DNA of 64,000 nt from Octopus vulgaris (lineage: Eukaryota). The notes under the pieces were generated by a model that saw only the letters and a program-made list of their open reading frames with translations, was not told the DNA's origin and made no database searches. The position numbers and the translations under genes are program-made. The stretch covers positions 25,544,001-25,608,000 of the forward strand of contig OX597815.1 of the NCBI GenBank assembly GCA_951406725.2. The letters run 5' to 3'. This document shows, in pieces, positions 40,968 to 50,700 of the stretch; the stretch's first letter is position 1, and each line of letters begins with the position of its first letter.

Positions 40968-42486
40968 TACGACGGGCTTCTTTCAGTTTCCGTCCACCAA
41001 ATCCACTCACAAGGCTTTGGTCGGCCCGAGGCTATAGTAGAAGAAACTTGCCCAAGGTGCCACGCAGTGGGACTGCACCTGGAACTATGTGGTTGGTAAA
41101 CAAGCTACTTACCACACAGCCACTCCTGCGCCTGAATTTTGGGCTTCTCCAATCCAAACTGTACAATTTTTTGCATCAAGTGGTGTTGATCTCTAATTGT
41201 AGAGGGAACACGTGGAAGGAGTAGACCCAGGAAGCTGTGGGGACGAAGTGGTGAGAAAGGATCTACAGATGTTGAGACTCACAAAGGAGATGACAAGGGA
41301 CCAAGACTCCTGGCATTTTGCTGTGTTTGAAAAGACATGCCATCATCATCATCATCATCGTTTAATGTCCGCTTTCCATGCTAGCATGGGTTGGACGGTT
41401 CAACTGGGGTCTGGGAAGCCCGAAGGCTGCACCAGGCCAGTCAGATCTGGCAGTGTTTCTACAGCTGGATGCCCTTCCTAACACCAACCACTCCGCTACG
41501 TTTAAAATATACTTGTCCTTGCATACAGACTTGTCCCCTGTATCCCTCCCCAGCTGAGCTTTCCTAATTGTGTGGGCTTGTAGATCCTGGTGCCATGTAA
41601 AAAGCACCTACACTGGTGCCTTCTTTTTATCCATTTTCTGAGTGTTAACCAAATGCTAACACTGTGTTCATTTTTTGACCTTGTCTTTGTGTTATATTTT
41701 TCCACCATAAGTGTGTATGTGTATGTGTGTATATATAAATATATGCATGTGTGTGTATAAAAATCGTATAGATATTGTAGTTGTGATACCTGTGCCAGTG
41801 GCACGTAGGACCTCACAGAGGAAATGACGAAGACTGAGACCTCTGAGATATGCTGTGACTGTGAAAACCCGACAAATGAAGTGAGTTCATGGCTTGCAGG
41901 ACAGCCTGCTGTGCTAACCTTGGATCGTAGAGTGACCGACTGTTCTTGAGGTGACCTATTGAGTTAAGTACGTCAACACCAACGTCAAAATAAAAATCAA
42001 ATGGAAATTGTAGTTAACATACCCATGCCGGTGACACATAAAAAGCACCGTCTGAACATGGCAGATGCCAGTGCCGCCTGACTGGCATCCGTGTCGGTGA
42101 CATGTAAAAGCACCAGCCGATCGTGGCCATTTGCCATCCTCCTCTGGCCCCTGTGCCGGTGGCACATAAAATACACCCACTACACTCATGGAGTGGTTGG
42201 CGTTAGGAAGGGCATCCTGCTGTAGAAACACTGCCAGATCAGACTGGAGCCTGGTACAGCCTCCTGGGTCCCAGACCCCAGTCGAACCGTCCAACCCATG
42301 CTAGCATGGAAAATAGACATTAAACGATGATGATGTGTGTGTACGTGCATGTGTATATGTGTGCATCTTGACATCATGTGTCAAATAGACAGTTACATGA
42401 ATTGTTGGTGCATCTGTTTTTATTCTATTATAACGATATTCTAATGTCAACCACTTAATTGTAAACTGACATTCTGATATAAAAAC

Positions 42487-42551
<65 letters not shown>

Positions 42552-45500
42552 CATATATGAGAAAGAATAGGTGTACACTTGCATTTATAAATTTTTGTAT
42601 GTTTGAATATACAAAAATGTCTTTTAAGTAATAATTTTTGTGAATGATTTACAAATAATTATCTATCTTCAGGTGGTCACGTCAGAAGGCTATTGATTAT
42701 ATGAAGGAAAACTGCCCTATTGATTCCTTATCTATTTCAAACGAAGTTGATCGTTATATTACATGGCCAGGACAGGTAAAGCTGGAATTTTCAGACAATG
42801 TTTTCATTATTCATGAAATTCTATTAAAATATATCTTTTCATGTATTATTTTTGTTGCTTTTTTGTTTTTAAATATAAAAAAACTAATTTGAATAATATT
42901 GTGACAAGTTTTAACAAATCATTGAAATTTATTACAAAAAATGGTCGTAATGTTGATTGTATAATATTATGGGGGATATAATAAATTTTTTTGCCATTTG
43001 GCCAAGTGATTAAGAAATGTTGTTTTGCAACCATGTGGTTTCAAGTTCAATCCTACTGCATAACACCTTGGGCAAGTGTCTTCTATTATGCCCTGGGATA
43101 TTGTAAAATTCAGAGTAAATATTGTAGATGGACACTTTGAGCAAGCCTGTCAAATATGTGTGTGTGTGTATGTTGTTGGGCTTTGGGTTTGTGTTTGTCC
43201 TATCCCACTACTACTGCATGACAGCCAGCCGTTCAAGAATTTGGACCTGGAGATCTCCATTTCCAGTGACTTCAAGGGCCACCTCCCAGTGGTGTCAATG
43301 AAGAGCCCTCAACTACAAGACGACCAAAGTTTTTTTTTTACTAAGGTCTGAGATCTCCTGCCTCTAAGCCCTAGACCATCACCTAATCACCCTTACCCGT
43401 CTTATTTATTAACAACAACAACAACAACAACAACAGCAGCAGCAGCATGACAGCCAGTGTTGGTTTGTTTATGTCCTCATAACTTAGAAGTTCAATAAAA
43501 AGTACTAGGCTTACATAAATAAGTACTGGAGTCGATTTGTTTGACTAAACACTTCAAGGCAGTACCTTAGCATGGCTGCAGTCTTATGACTGAAACAAGT
43601 AAAAGATAAAAATAGATTTTTAAATTAAAATTCGATTAATAAAATATTAAAAAAATATAATAGCATATGATGTAGAAATATCAAATCTTTACATATATTA
43701 GTTTCCCTCCTCTCTTCTTCTCTCCCTCTCTCTCCCCTTCCCCACCTCCACATCTTTTGTCATTGATACAATAGTCTCAGTTCCTCTGAACCAGTTAACT
43801 ACTTAATTGATCTACTCATCTTGCCTCCTCCTCCTGCCACTGTTACAATGTCTAGACTTTGTATTTATTACTTTGAAGATTTCAGTTCTGAGGATACCAG
43901 ATTAGTAAAAAAATGCCCTCCTTGCTCATTGTTTTCCTAAGCACATTGTTCACTCGCCTCTGGGAGTGAGCAAAAATAATGAACATTGGTTCATTTCCCT
44001 AACTATTTTCTAAGTAGTTTCAATTGCTTAAAGATTACTTTAAATATAAGGATTAAGAGATCTATCTGTCTATCTTGTTAGGCGACTTGCCACAACCAAA
44101 TCGAAAGGGTGAAAGGCAAAGTCGACCTCAGCGGAATTTGAACTCAGAACCTATTTATTTACTACCCACAAGGGGCCAAACATAGAGAGGACAAACAAGG
44201 ACAGACAAATGGATTAAGTTGATTACATTGACCCCATTGCGTAACTGGTACTTAATTTATCGACCCCGAAAGGATGAAAGGCAAAGTCGACCTCGATGGA
44301 ATTTGAACTCAGAACGTAACAGCAGATGAAATACAGCTACGCATTTCGCCCAGTGTGCTAACGTTTCTGCCAACTCACCGCCTTCTCTTAGTGTTACTCA
44401 TTTTTGCTAGCTTAGTGGACTGGAGCAAGGTGAAATGAAGTGTTTTGCTCAAGAACACAATGCATTGCCTGGTCCAGGAATCGAAACCACAATCTTATGA
44501 TCATGATGCTGACACCCTAACCACTAAGCCACGCGCCTCCATGCTAGATACCCTCATCTTCCATAGCAGTTTTCATATCCTCAACTTGAGATCCAAAGTT
44601 TTTTAGAAGTTGATCAATATATGGTTTCTGTTTGATGGATGTCACGTCTCCTGACATTTGACCAAAAGTGCATCAGGCTGATCTCATTATGGGAAAATTT
44701 GACATTGAGAAGATCCAACCGATTTCTTTGCATGTTTCCTTAGCCAGGATGAGTGTTGAGTTCAGTACTTTGAGGCAGAGACAAAGAGACAATCCATGCA
44801 GTAGAAACACCCCTCCTCACCTGCAGTAGAAACACCCCTCCTCACCTGCTCCAAAGAAGGCCAAGGTAGTTTCATCAGTAGGGATGGTGGCATCATGTTT
44901 TTGGGATGCAAAAGGCATGTTTATTGACTCTCTTGGAAAGAGCCATACTATTAATGGAGAGTAGGCACAGGAGTGGCTGTGTGGTAAGTAGCTTGCTTAC
45001 CAACCATATGGTTCTGGGTTCAGTCCCACTGCGTGGCACCTTGGGCAAGTGTCTTCTACTATAGCCTCGGGCCGACCAAAGCCTTGTGAGTGGATTTGGT
45101 AGACGGAAACTGAAAAAAGCCTGTCGTATATATGTATGTGTGTGTATATGTTTGTGTGTCTGTGTTTGTCCCCCAACATCACTTCACAACTGATGGTGGT
45201 GTGTTTACGTCCCTGTTACTTAGCGGTTCTGCAAAATGACCGATAGAATAAGTACTAGGCTTACAAAGAATAAGTCCTGGAGTCGATTTGCTCGACCAAA
45301 GGCGGTGCTCCAGCATGGCTGCAGACAAATGACTGAAACAAGTAAAAGAGTAAAAGAGTACTATGTCGAGTTGCTGAGACAGATATGAAAGGCTATCAAG
45401 ACGAAACGCCCCGAAAAAGTGATGAAAGGGGGTTCTTGTTTCACCAGGACAATGCTCCAGCACACAAATCGTTGGTTTCAATGACTATTGAGCGTGACTG

Positions 45501-48500
45501 AGGCGATTTGATGGTTTTAAAGTTTTTATGTATTTGCTTTACGTGCTTGAAACAGTATCTGAATCTCCTGCAAATCATTGCATTGCCTACCAAGGGTAGT
45601 TATGGCTGTAACACTTTATCTATAGTTTATGTCAGTTGAGGATGCCTTGCAGCTGTTGCTAAGTTATTCTTCTGTTTTTTCCTTAATTCTATTGATACTG
45701 TAGAAAACTCGACCTCTACTTTTTTATGCAGAGCGTCAATTACAATGGCTATCTATATTTAAAAAAAAAAAAAAATTTCCAAGGGAGGCAATTTTAGTTG
45801 ATGTAAATACTAAGTTGTCTCCCTTACATGTCATTGTTCAGCGTTTATTTTCCAGTTAATAATTTGAATTAGCGGTTGAATTTGTGAAGATGAAACCTTA
45901 GCGTTTAGTAAATGTTACTCATTGTTTGACGCCTGCTTTATTTTAAAATTGTCCTGAATTAAAAAAAAAATTTTTTTAAATCACTTAATTTTGAATTTGT
46001 GATTACATTTATTGATTCGTAATGTACTCGGCAACCCCCTCTCTCTCTCCATATATATATGTATTGTGCATGTGCGTACGTGTTGTAGATGGTGCGCGAC
46101 CTAGTTAAGAGTGTTAGGCTTAAGAGTGTTAAAGTTGAGGGTTCAAAACTTGGACTGGGCAATGTATTGTGTTCGTGATCATAATTTCACGTTGCTCATC
46201 TGAAAACGAGTATGAACGGACTGCTAGTGCAGCCGTCTCTCTCTCCAGCTGCTGCATTCTCGATATTTCATTGTGTCAATGGTGGAACAGCCAAGTAGAT
46301 GTCTTTGTCTACTCAAGACTACACAAGCATTCCTCACTGAATTTCTGGGAAGATCATTAAACACCTTGATTTTGGCCACCAGCCCGGTCTTGGTGTTGCA
46401 GGCACAGCAGCTAATGTCTTTCTCAACTGTGCCCCACACATAGTACTCCATAGGATTACAATCGGGGTAATTAGGAGGCCAGAAATTAGGATTGGAGAAG
46501 TTGTTGAAATTCTCTGAGAACCACTTCTGATTCTTTCTGGAGGTATGGTAAAGAACTGAATGCTGTTGTCAGACATATAGCTTTCCTGTACCAATCCTCT
46601 CCAGCCAGAGTTTGACCAAGGTCTCCAGCAACTTCATTTAACAGTCTGAATTGAGCTTAAGTCTCCATTCAAAAATGGGGTGAATTCTGGCACTTTCGCA
46701 GAAGATAGTTTTGTGCTTAAGAAAGGCATCAATAGTTTTAGTACAAAGCAATCATCATCATCATCATCATCATTATTCAACGTCCATTTTCCATGCTAGC
46801 ATGGGTTTGACGGTTTGACTGGGGTCTGAAAAGTCAGGAGGCTGCACCAGGCTCCAGTCTGATTTGGCAGTGTTTCTACAGCTGGATGCCCTTCCTAACG
46901 CCAACCACTCTGTGAGTGTAGTGGGTGCTTTTTACATGCACAGATGCCAGGGGAGGCTGGCAACGTCCATGATCGGTTGGTGGTTTTTACGTGCCACCGG
47001 CACGGACGCCAGTCAAGGCGGTGCTGGCATCGACCACGTTCGGATGGAGATAATTCTAATACATGATTTCTATGAATTCATTTGAAATTCCAGATATAAA
47101 TTTTATTCCTAATAAATGTTTTAGTTTGCTTTAATTGAATTTTCAGGTTTATCAAATTTTTGTTATTACTTTCCTTTCTAATAAAACTGAATATTAATCT
47201 ATCTGAATCTTTTATTTTGCAGGCTCTTGGTTACAAAATTGGAGAGCTGAAAATCTGGGAGTTTCGAAGGAAAGCTGAAAAGGCTCTAGGTAAATGTTTC
47301 TTATCCATTTGCTGTCTTTTAGTTTTCATTGAAGTTTTTGTCTTGTTTGCAGTGATTCCATTGAATTGTCCACTTTTACTTTCTCATTGTAATCATATAT
47401 TTTTATTGTCTGTTTGTTATTTTTTTTTTGAGTCTTTTGGATTTTCAATTTTAAAGTTTGATGAGATGTTTTTCATTAAATTAGGCAAAATAGAATAAGA
47501 ACTATAGGTATGGGACAATGGTGTTAGTTTCAGCGTCTGTGTATTTTCCATGTTTACATGGGTTGGAAATAGCATTGAACAAAGCAACATTTATGATGAA
47601 AATTTATGAAGCAATATTATTGAACTGATAATATTGAAGATAAATTTTCTACATTGAATAAAAATTGATTGAATTACCGTAAATCCTCGAGTATAGTCCG
47701 CCCTTGAGTATAATTCACAGGGGATTTATAGGGGGCTGTACCTCTGAAAAACCTAAACCTTGTATATAATACGCACCCCTTCTCTAACTTGAGTCAAGGA
47801 GGTCTATATAACGTCCTTGGTTTGTAAAAATTATATGGTAACGTCCTTTATTATTATGGTATATATAACATTATGCAAACGTGTAGCTTTTTTGTGCATT
47901 TTGTTTGCAGAAAATAAAGAAATATTTGCCAGACAGCAAATAGAGACTCGGACATTGCTTAGTAAATAATTTTCATTTTTAACCTCGTATATTTTGACCT
48001 TTAAATTTTGGGAAAAAAATGTAGATTATATTTGAGGATGTACGGTAATTGTAATTTTTTTGTAATATTAAGTGGGGTGAGTTGACAGAATCATTAGCAT
48101 GCCTGGCAAAATGCTTAGTGACATTTTGTCTGTCCTTAAGTTCTGAGTTCAAATTCCACTGAGGTTCACTTTGCCTTTCATCCTTTCGGAGTTCAGAAAA
48201 TAAGTACCAGTTGAGCATTGGGGTCAATGTTATCGACTTTCCTTCTCTCCCGAACTTGCTGGTCTTGTGCCAAAATTTGAAAACAATATTTTGTAATATT
48301 TATTTTTTTCCCCTGCTTTACAATGAAAGGTAATATCAACCTTATGGAATTTTGTCTCAGAATGTAGAGGTCAAAATTTCTCATATTAGGATAAATATTA
48401 TGGGTATAGCTATGGCTGTGTATTTAAAAAGTTTGCTTCTCAGCCATGTAGTCTTGGATTTAATGCTAATATGAAGCATCTTGGGAAAGTGCTCTGGGCT

Positions 48501-49688
48501 GACCAAAACATTGTGAATGGGATTTGGTAGACAGAAATTCTGTATGAGAGGGTGCTGAAAAGTACCCGGCTTTAAGGGTATTGTGAAAGGCCTGGTTGGA
48601 GGCTCAACCGTCCAAGTTCTTTTACAGGGCTTAGAAAAACTGAAGGACCACTGCAATAAGTGTGTGAATCTGAGAGAGGAATATGTTCAATAAAATCATA
48701 ATTAACTGATTGTCCTCTATTTCCTTTTACCCAAAGCCGGGAACTTTTCAGCACCCTCTCGTGTACATACATATGTATGTGTACACATGTGTCTGTGTAC
48801 ATTCATGCTTCTCTGAAATTCATGCAGCTACAGGTGGTGACATTGCTGTCATTTTCTGGTTAACTGGTCATTCACTGGCTTTGCATCTTTGAAGATGGAA
48901 TGAAATACTTGAAAAGCAGGTAAAGCTTAGTGACAGACGAGTCATCATCATCATCATCATCATCATCGTTTAACGTCCGTTTTCCGTGCTAGCACGGGTT
49001 GGACCCTAGCTGCAAAATAATCCCTTAGTAACATATTTGTTCAAACCATGCTAGCATGGAAAAATGGACGTGAAAGTAAATAAGCTGTGATCGCAGGTCG
49101 CACCCAGGCGTCGGGGCTTAAAAATGGCGTTCGGCAGGCGCCATGTCCCCGCTGTTCGCTGCCGGCGCCCACTCGGCCGGTCCAGGGCGGTGCACTCGCG
49201 CTCGCTCCCCCGGTCGCGACGATACAGTCGGCCTTCCGCATTGGTCGCGGTGCAAATATTAGACTGAGACCAACGCATACAGGCCATCGCAGCAGCTGCC
49301 TCGCTCCGCGCATGGGTCTGGGCGTGCGGTGGCTTCACATTTCCTAATGGCGGTGCCCCAGCATGGCCACAGCTCATGAGCTGAAACTAGATAAAATAAA
49401 ATAAAAAAATAAAAAAATAAAATTTTGATTACTAATTCTAGTTCTTTGTTACAATAAAATTACCATTGCATTGAATTCCTTGTCATAATGACTGAGATTT
49501 GATACTATAATTATTCATTTGTGTCATATTTAACTGAACAATATTTTTTTAGAAAAGATATGTTCTTTATTACAGGTAGCAAATTTGATATTCGGGACTT
49601 CCACGATGTTGTGTTGAAAGCAGGCTGTGTTTCCCTGTGTATACTTGAAGAACTGGTTGATGACTACATTAAAGAAACACTACAGTAA
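8095..49688 (+). CDS. DUF885-family protein (putative zinc metallopeptidase-like), 16 coding exons, about 578 aa; 5'-most exon not located
   Basis: Sixteen AG/GT-bounded exons with matching phases sum to 1735 nt (1 + 577 codons + TAA) with no internal stop. The translation carries the motifs I recognise as DUF885: [97 protein letters not shown]. Confidence 0.92.
8420..8857 (+). mobile_element. SINE family A
   Basis: Full-length copy with a short internal duplication. Confidence 0.85.
9981..10378 (-). mobile_element. 5'-truncated CR1-like LINE 3' end
   Basis: [14 protein letters not shown]...LRGHSEKL...[13 protein letters not shown]...FKASLD is the typical CR1-type ORF2 C-terminus; (AACT)n tail at 9981-10000. 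Confidence 0.85.
10490..11000 (-). mobile_element. SINE-like family C, long copy with ~5 internal repeats
   Basis: Repeated ttttacgtgccaccggcac units after the conserved body. Confidence 0.85.
11431..11561 (+). CDS. DUF885 gene, exon 2
   Basis: ttacag|CCA...GG|gtaagt; [43 protein letters not shown](G). Confidence 0.85.
11571..11993 (-). mobile_element. SINE family A
   Basis: Full-length copy whose tail lies ~10 bp downstream of the exon 2 donor. Confidence 0.85.
12353..12482 (+). CDS. DUF885 gene, exon 3
   Basis: ttctag|C...CAG|gtaagt; [43 protein letters not shown]. Confidence 0.88.
13494..13726 (+). mobile_element. tRNA-related SINE family B
   Basis: GGCAGCGAGCTGGCAGAAACGTTAGC head with GAGTTCAAATTC B-box; apparent target duplication (gatatgagggagata) on both sides. 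Further copies at ~7778, 17563, 18101, 28600, 44100, 48073, 51055 and 61708. Confidence 0.85.
14678..14746 (+). CDS. DUF885 gene, exon 4
   Basis: tttcag|TTG...GTG|gtatgt; [23 protein letters not shown]. Confidence 0.82.
15650..15759 (+). CDS. DUF885 gene, exon 5
   Basis: ttctag|AAA...AT|gtaagt; [36 protein letters not shown]. Confidence 0.82.
17792..17852. repeat. (GA)n microsatellite
   Basis: Direct reading; follows a family B tail. Confidence 0.95.
18354..18441 (+). CDS. DUF885 gene, exon 6
   Basis: ttctag|G...AAT|gtgaat (weak donor, chosen because it gives phase 0 and joins FLEN to VYLKHSR); (M)[29 protein letters not shown]. Confidence 0.8.
18687..19105 (-). mobile_element. SINE-like family C
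   Basis: Homology to other copies. Further minus copies at ~15320, 16362, 19338, 23025, 24711, 41341 and 46752. Confidence 0.85.
19203..19772 (+). mobile_element. mariner-derived MITE with nested family C copy (~19338-19692)
   Basis: Homologous to 48543-48764; right TIR ttttcagcacccccttgta. Confidence 0.65.
19876..20765 (+). mobile_element. SINE family A with an insertion in its (TA)n tract
   Basis: Head at 19876-20027 and 3' half at ~20510-20765, separated by TA tracts and a ~330-bp insert. Confidence 0.8.
20071..20400 (+). mobile_element. Penelope-like element terminal fragment with inverted duplication
   Basis: 20310-20400 matches the reverse complement of 58457-58550, which adjoins a hammerhead motif; ~100-bp inverted arms at 20071-20170 and 20206-20316. 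Confidence 0.55.
21503..21782. repeat. long inverted repeat / foldback MITE-like element
   Basis: Arms ~21503-21588 and ~21695-21782 are reverse complements with few mismatches. Confidence 0.75.
22480..22734 (+). CDS. DUF885 gene, exon 7
   Basis: ctcaag|GTA...AAG|gtaggc; [57 protein letters not shown]...FFCQTK. Confidence 0.93.
23770..24551 (+). mobile_element. mariner transposase 3' relic with nested family B SINE (23946-24177)
   Basis: Degraded [15 protein letters not shown]...FHQ...[16 protein letters not shown]...DYVEK*; right TIR cctatgaacctttcagccaaccctc; the SINE is flanked by a CATCAAG duplication (23939-23945, 24178-24184). Confidence 0.85.
25405..25499 (+). CDS. DUF885 gene, exon 8
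   Basis: ttgcag|GAA...AT|gtaagt; [31 protein letters not shown]. Confidence 0.9.
26210..26734. mobile_element. pogo/Tigger-type MITE
   Basis: TIRs TA-CC(A/G)TAAATCCTC(A/G)AGTATA.TCC with TA flanks; shorter copy in opposite orientation at 47675-48047. Confidence 0.8.
27100..27437 (+). mobile_element. SINE-like family C
   Basis: Homology. Further plus copies at ~29825, 31258, 32110, 33945, 39100 and 41950. Confidence 0.85.
27795..28002 (-). mobile_element. solo Penelope-like terminal repeat
   Basis: Reverse complement aligns to 38627-38836, the end of the GIY-YIG element; flanked by (TA)n on both sides. Confidence 0.8.
27896..27930 (-). ncRNA. minimal hammerhead ribozyme-like motif (U4C core variant)
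   Basis: GTTT-CCGACGA-A-GAGC-TCC-GCTC-GAAAC-GTT-AAAC: stem I GTTT/AAAC, stem II GAGC/GCTC, palindromic AACGTT in place of stem III. Confidence 0.65.
28382..28498 (+). CDS. DUF885 gene, exon 9
   Basis: pyrimidine tract then taaaag|A...AG|gtaaga; [38 protein letters not shown]. Confidence 0.92.
29134..29464 (+). mobile_element. tRNA-derived SINE family D, full length
   Basis: GGCGCGTGGCTTAGTGGTTAG...GAGTTCGATTCCC head and short A tail; 11-bp TSD AGTGACGTTGA (29123-29133, 29465-29475). Partial copies at ~16585, 33283 and 44400. Confidence 0.88.
30424..30484 (+). CDS. DUF885 gene, exon 10 (HExxPGHH motif)
   Basis: ttgtag|C...CAG|gttagt; [20 protein letters not shown]. Confidence 0.93.
30619..31092 (-). 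mobile_element. non-autonomous Helitron-like element
   Basis: Minus strand reads A|TC...hairpin...CTAG|T with no TSD; internal ~92-bp tandem repeats. Confidence 0.8.
33754..33864 (+). CDS. DUF885 gene, exon 11
   Basis: cttcag|GCA...GAA|gtaagt; [37 protein letters not shown]. Confidence 0.92.
34621..34673 (+). ncRNA. hammerhead ribozyme-like motif in a Penelope-like terminal remnant
   Basis: CTGATGA-A-GGGATATTA-loop-TAATATCCT-A-GAAAC-AGCT-GTA; palindromic ACAGCTGT stem III; stem I disrupted; followed by a TA tract. Confidence 0.55.
34916..35812 (+). CDS. Penelope-like RT C-terminus/thumb, Cys linker and GIY-YIG endonuclease (5'-truncated)
   Basis: [35 protein letters not shown]; [10 protein letters not shown]; [29 protein letters not shown]; VARHF; [15 protein letters not shown]. 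Uninterrupted for ~298 codons. Confidence 0.9.
   Translation, partial: LTTTAFFKPTDSHLYLNFSSSHPFHTKRAIPYSQFLRLRRLCSRDQDFETQSQYLARMFRLRGYPPTLLSDALTRARRIDRTTALSPSPRPPPNRTPFPLLFHPSTLPLRRKILRAFRRLQLDPTTRPIFPNPPLSSFKRARNLRDLLVHSTLSPSPSAPHGSFPCSRSRCNTCPFITNTTAVTGSNLHTVRIRHSFTCTSSGLIYCIKCNLCGMLYVGQTGRRLSDRFTEHLRDVRLHSFSPVARHFRSAGHSQDDISVFGLTPHNGRPLSRLHLEQRYIFTLQTTTPHGLNTAPSS
35845..38540 (+). repeat. scrambled CA/TA/CG-rich low-complexity tract with GC-rich islands
   Basis: Direct reading; islands at ~36230-36450, 37960-38170 and 38320-38430. Confidence 0.9.
38711..38745 (+). ncRNA. minimal hammerhead ribozyme-like motif (U4C core variant)
   Basis: GTTT-CCGACGA-A-GAGC-TCC-GCTC-GAAAC-GTC-ATAC; GUC cleavage triplet; core identical to 27896-27930. 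Confidence 0.65.
39487..39551 (+). CDS. DUF885 gene, exon 12
   Basis: tgacag|GGT...CT|gtaagt; [21 protein letters not shown]. Confidence 0.93.
39744..39815 (+). CDS. DUF885 gene, exon 13
   Basis: ttttag|G...AG|gtaagt; [23 protein letters not shown]. Confidence 0.93.
39940..40520 (-). mobile_element. mariner 5' relic
   Basis: Left TIR TACGAAGGTGGACTGTAAAGTTCATAGG; degraded [38 protein letters not shown]. Confidence 0.8.
40691..41132 (-). mobile_element. SINE family A
   Basis: Full-length copy. Others at ~15995, 43000, 44963, 56190, 58246, 62155 and 63405. Confidence 0.85.
42673..42775 (+). CDS. DUF885 gene, exon 14
   Basis: cttcag|G...CAG|gtaaag; [34 protein letters not shown]. Confidence 0.93.
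43229..43444 (+). mobile_element. short retroposon with (CAA)n tail
   Basis: 13-bp TSD GCATGACAGCCAG (43216-43228, 43445-43457); homologous to 50119-50315. Confidence 0.8.
44630..45500 (+). mobile_element. mariner central relic with nested family A SINE (~44963-45360)
   Basis: Degraded [35 protein letters not shown] motifs. Confidence 0.8.
46224..46690 (-). mobile_element. Tc1/mariner-superfamily (maT/DD37D-like) transposase relic
   Basis: [23 protein letters not shown]...[11 protein letters not shown] resembles the WPPNSPDLNPMDYxVW motif. Confidence 0.6.
47223..47289 (+). CDS. DUF885 gene, exon 15
   Basis: ttgcag|GCT...G|gtaaat; [22 protein letters not shown]. Confidence 0.93.
47675..48047. 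mobile_element. pogo/Tigger-type MITE
   Basis: Same TIRs and internal sequence as 26210-26734. Confidence 0.8.
48543..48764 (+). mobile_element. mariner-derived MITE
   Basis: TIRs GAGAGGGTGCTGAAAAGT.CCCGGCTTT / AAAGCCGGGAACTTTTCAGCACCCTCTC; interior keeps a mariner C-terminus-like [18 protein letters not shown]. Confidence 0.8.
49075..49420 (+). mobile_element. GC-rich retroposon 3' end sharing the family A tail
   Basis: CpG-rich 270-bp block ending GGCGGTGCCCCAGCATGGCCACAGCTCATGAGCTGAAAC plus (TAAAA)n. Confidence 0.6.
49576..49688 (+). CDS. DUF885 gene, exon 16 (terminal coding part)
   Basis: ttacag|GT...TAA; (G)[36 protein letters not shown]. Confidence 0.93.
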
Positions 49689-50118
49689 AACCTAATTGGT
49701 AAACAGGAACATATCCAATAATGAAACCTGTCAAATAATACTGAAATACTATATTCACCTGTATAATCCTTCTGATTAAGACCCTCATTGCCAGTAAAGA
49801 AAGAATAATTTCTAATCATTTAGCAATCAAATAAATCTCATAATTTGACATATTTTATTCTCTAAAACAAAAAAATTAACTTCTATTCTGGAAAATTTCT
49901 TGGCACTTGTCTCTTACTTAAACATTGATTATTTTTGTATTTGATTTTTAAATGTTTTTAAATATTGCTATATTTTTATTGTCATACTGTGTAAGTAAGC
50001 TCCTGGTGAAGAATTAAGTTCATGACTTTGGTTCAACTCCCAGTTGTTGCTATTTCGCTACATACTCTGGGGATTGGAAAATCTGACATCAAGGAAAGAG
50101 TTCTTCAAGAGAAAGTTG

Positions 50119-50315
50119 GGCCGTTCAAGAATTTGGACCTGGAGATCTCCATTTCCAGCGATTTCGAGGGCCACCTCCCAGTGGTGTTGGGCGTCAACAA
50201 AGAGCCCTCAACTACAACAAGACGACCAAAATTTTTTTTTTTCCAAGGTCTGGGGTCTCCCGCCCCTAAGCCCTTGACCATCACCCTTACTCGTCTTGTT
50301 GCTTAACAACAACAA
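50119..50315 (+). mobile_element. short retroposon with (CAA)n tail, in the probable 3' UTR
   Basis: 13-bp TSD CAAGAGAAAGTTG (50106-50118, 50316-50328). Confidence 0.82.
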
Positions 50316-50651
50316 CAAGAGAAAGTTGACAGATTTTGCCTGTCAACTTTTCCCTTAAGAAAAACTCTGTCCAAAACTTTGGATTTTCCCACTCCCCATG
50401 GCAAAGTCATTGTACTTTTTTTTTTTTTATTAATCTTTACAAAATAATTCAAGTCTTATAGATGCAGACTAACACCTACTTACGTCACTAATATCAATGT
50501 GAATGGCTTGAATGTTATATGACCTTACTTTCCTTTCTGGGGATTTTGAAGGAACAATATAATTTTTGCTGAAATTTAAGCTAAAATACTGCATTTCTGT
50601 TGCCAGTATTAATACAAATGCTACGTACACTTTTGAAATTTTGATCAAAGA

Positions 50652-50700
50652 AATAAAAGCAATTCTATTATTTTATAAACAATTTGTGTTTGTTTTGTGA
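50652..50700 (+). terminator. candidate polyadenylation signal of the DUF885 gene
   Basis: AATAAA at 50652-50657 followed by a GT/T-rich stretch (tttgtgtttgttttgtg). An alternative AATAAA lies at 49830. Confidence 0.45.

Noticed and set aside
8095-49688. Bacterial contamination as the source of the DUF885 sequence
   Set aside because: The gene is split by 15 spliceosomal introns filled with host repeats.
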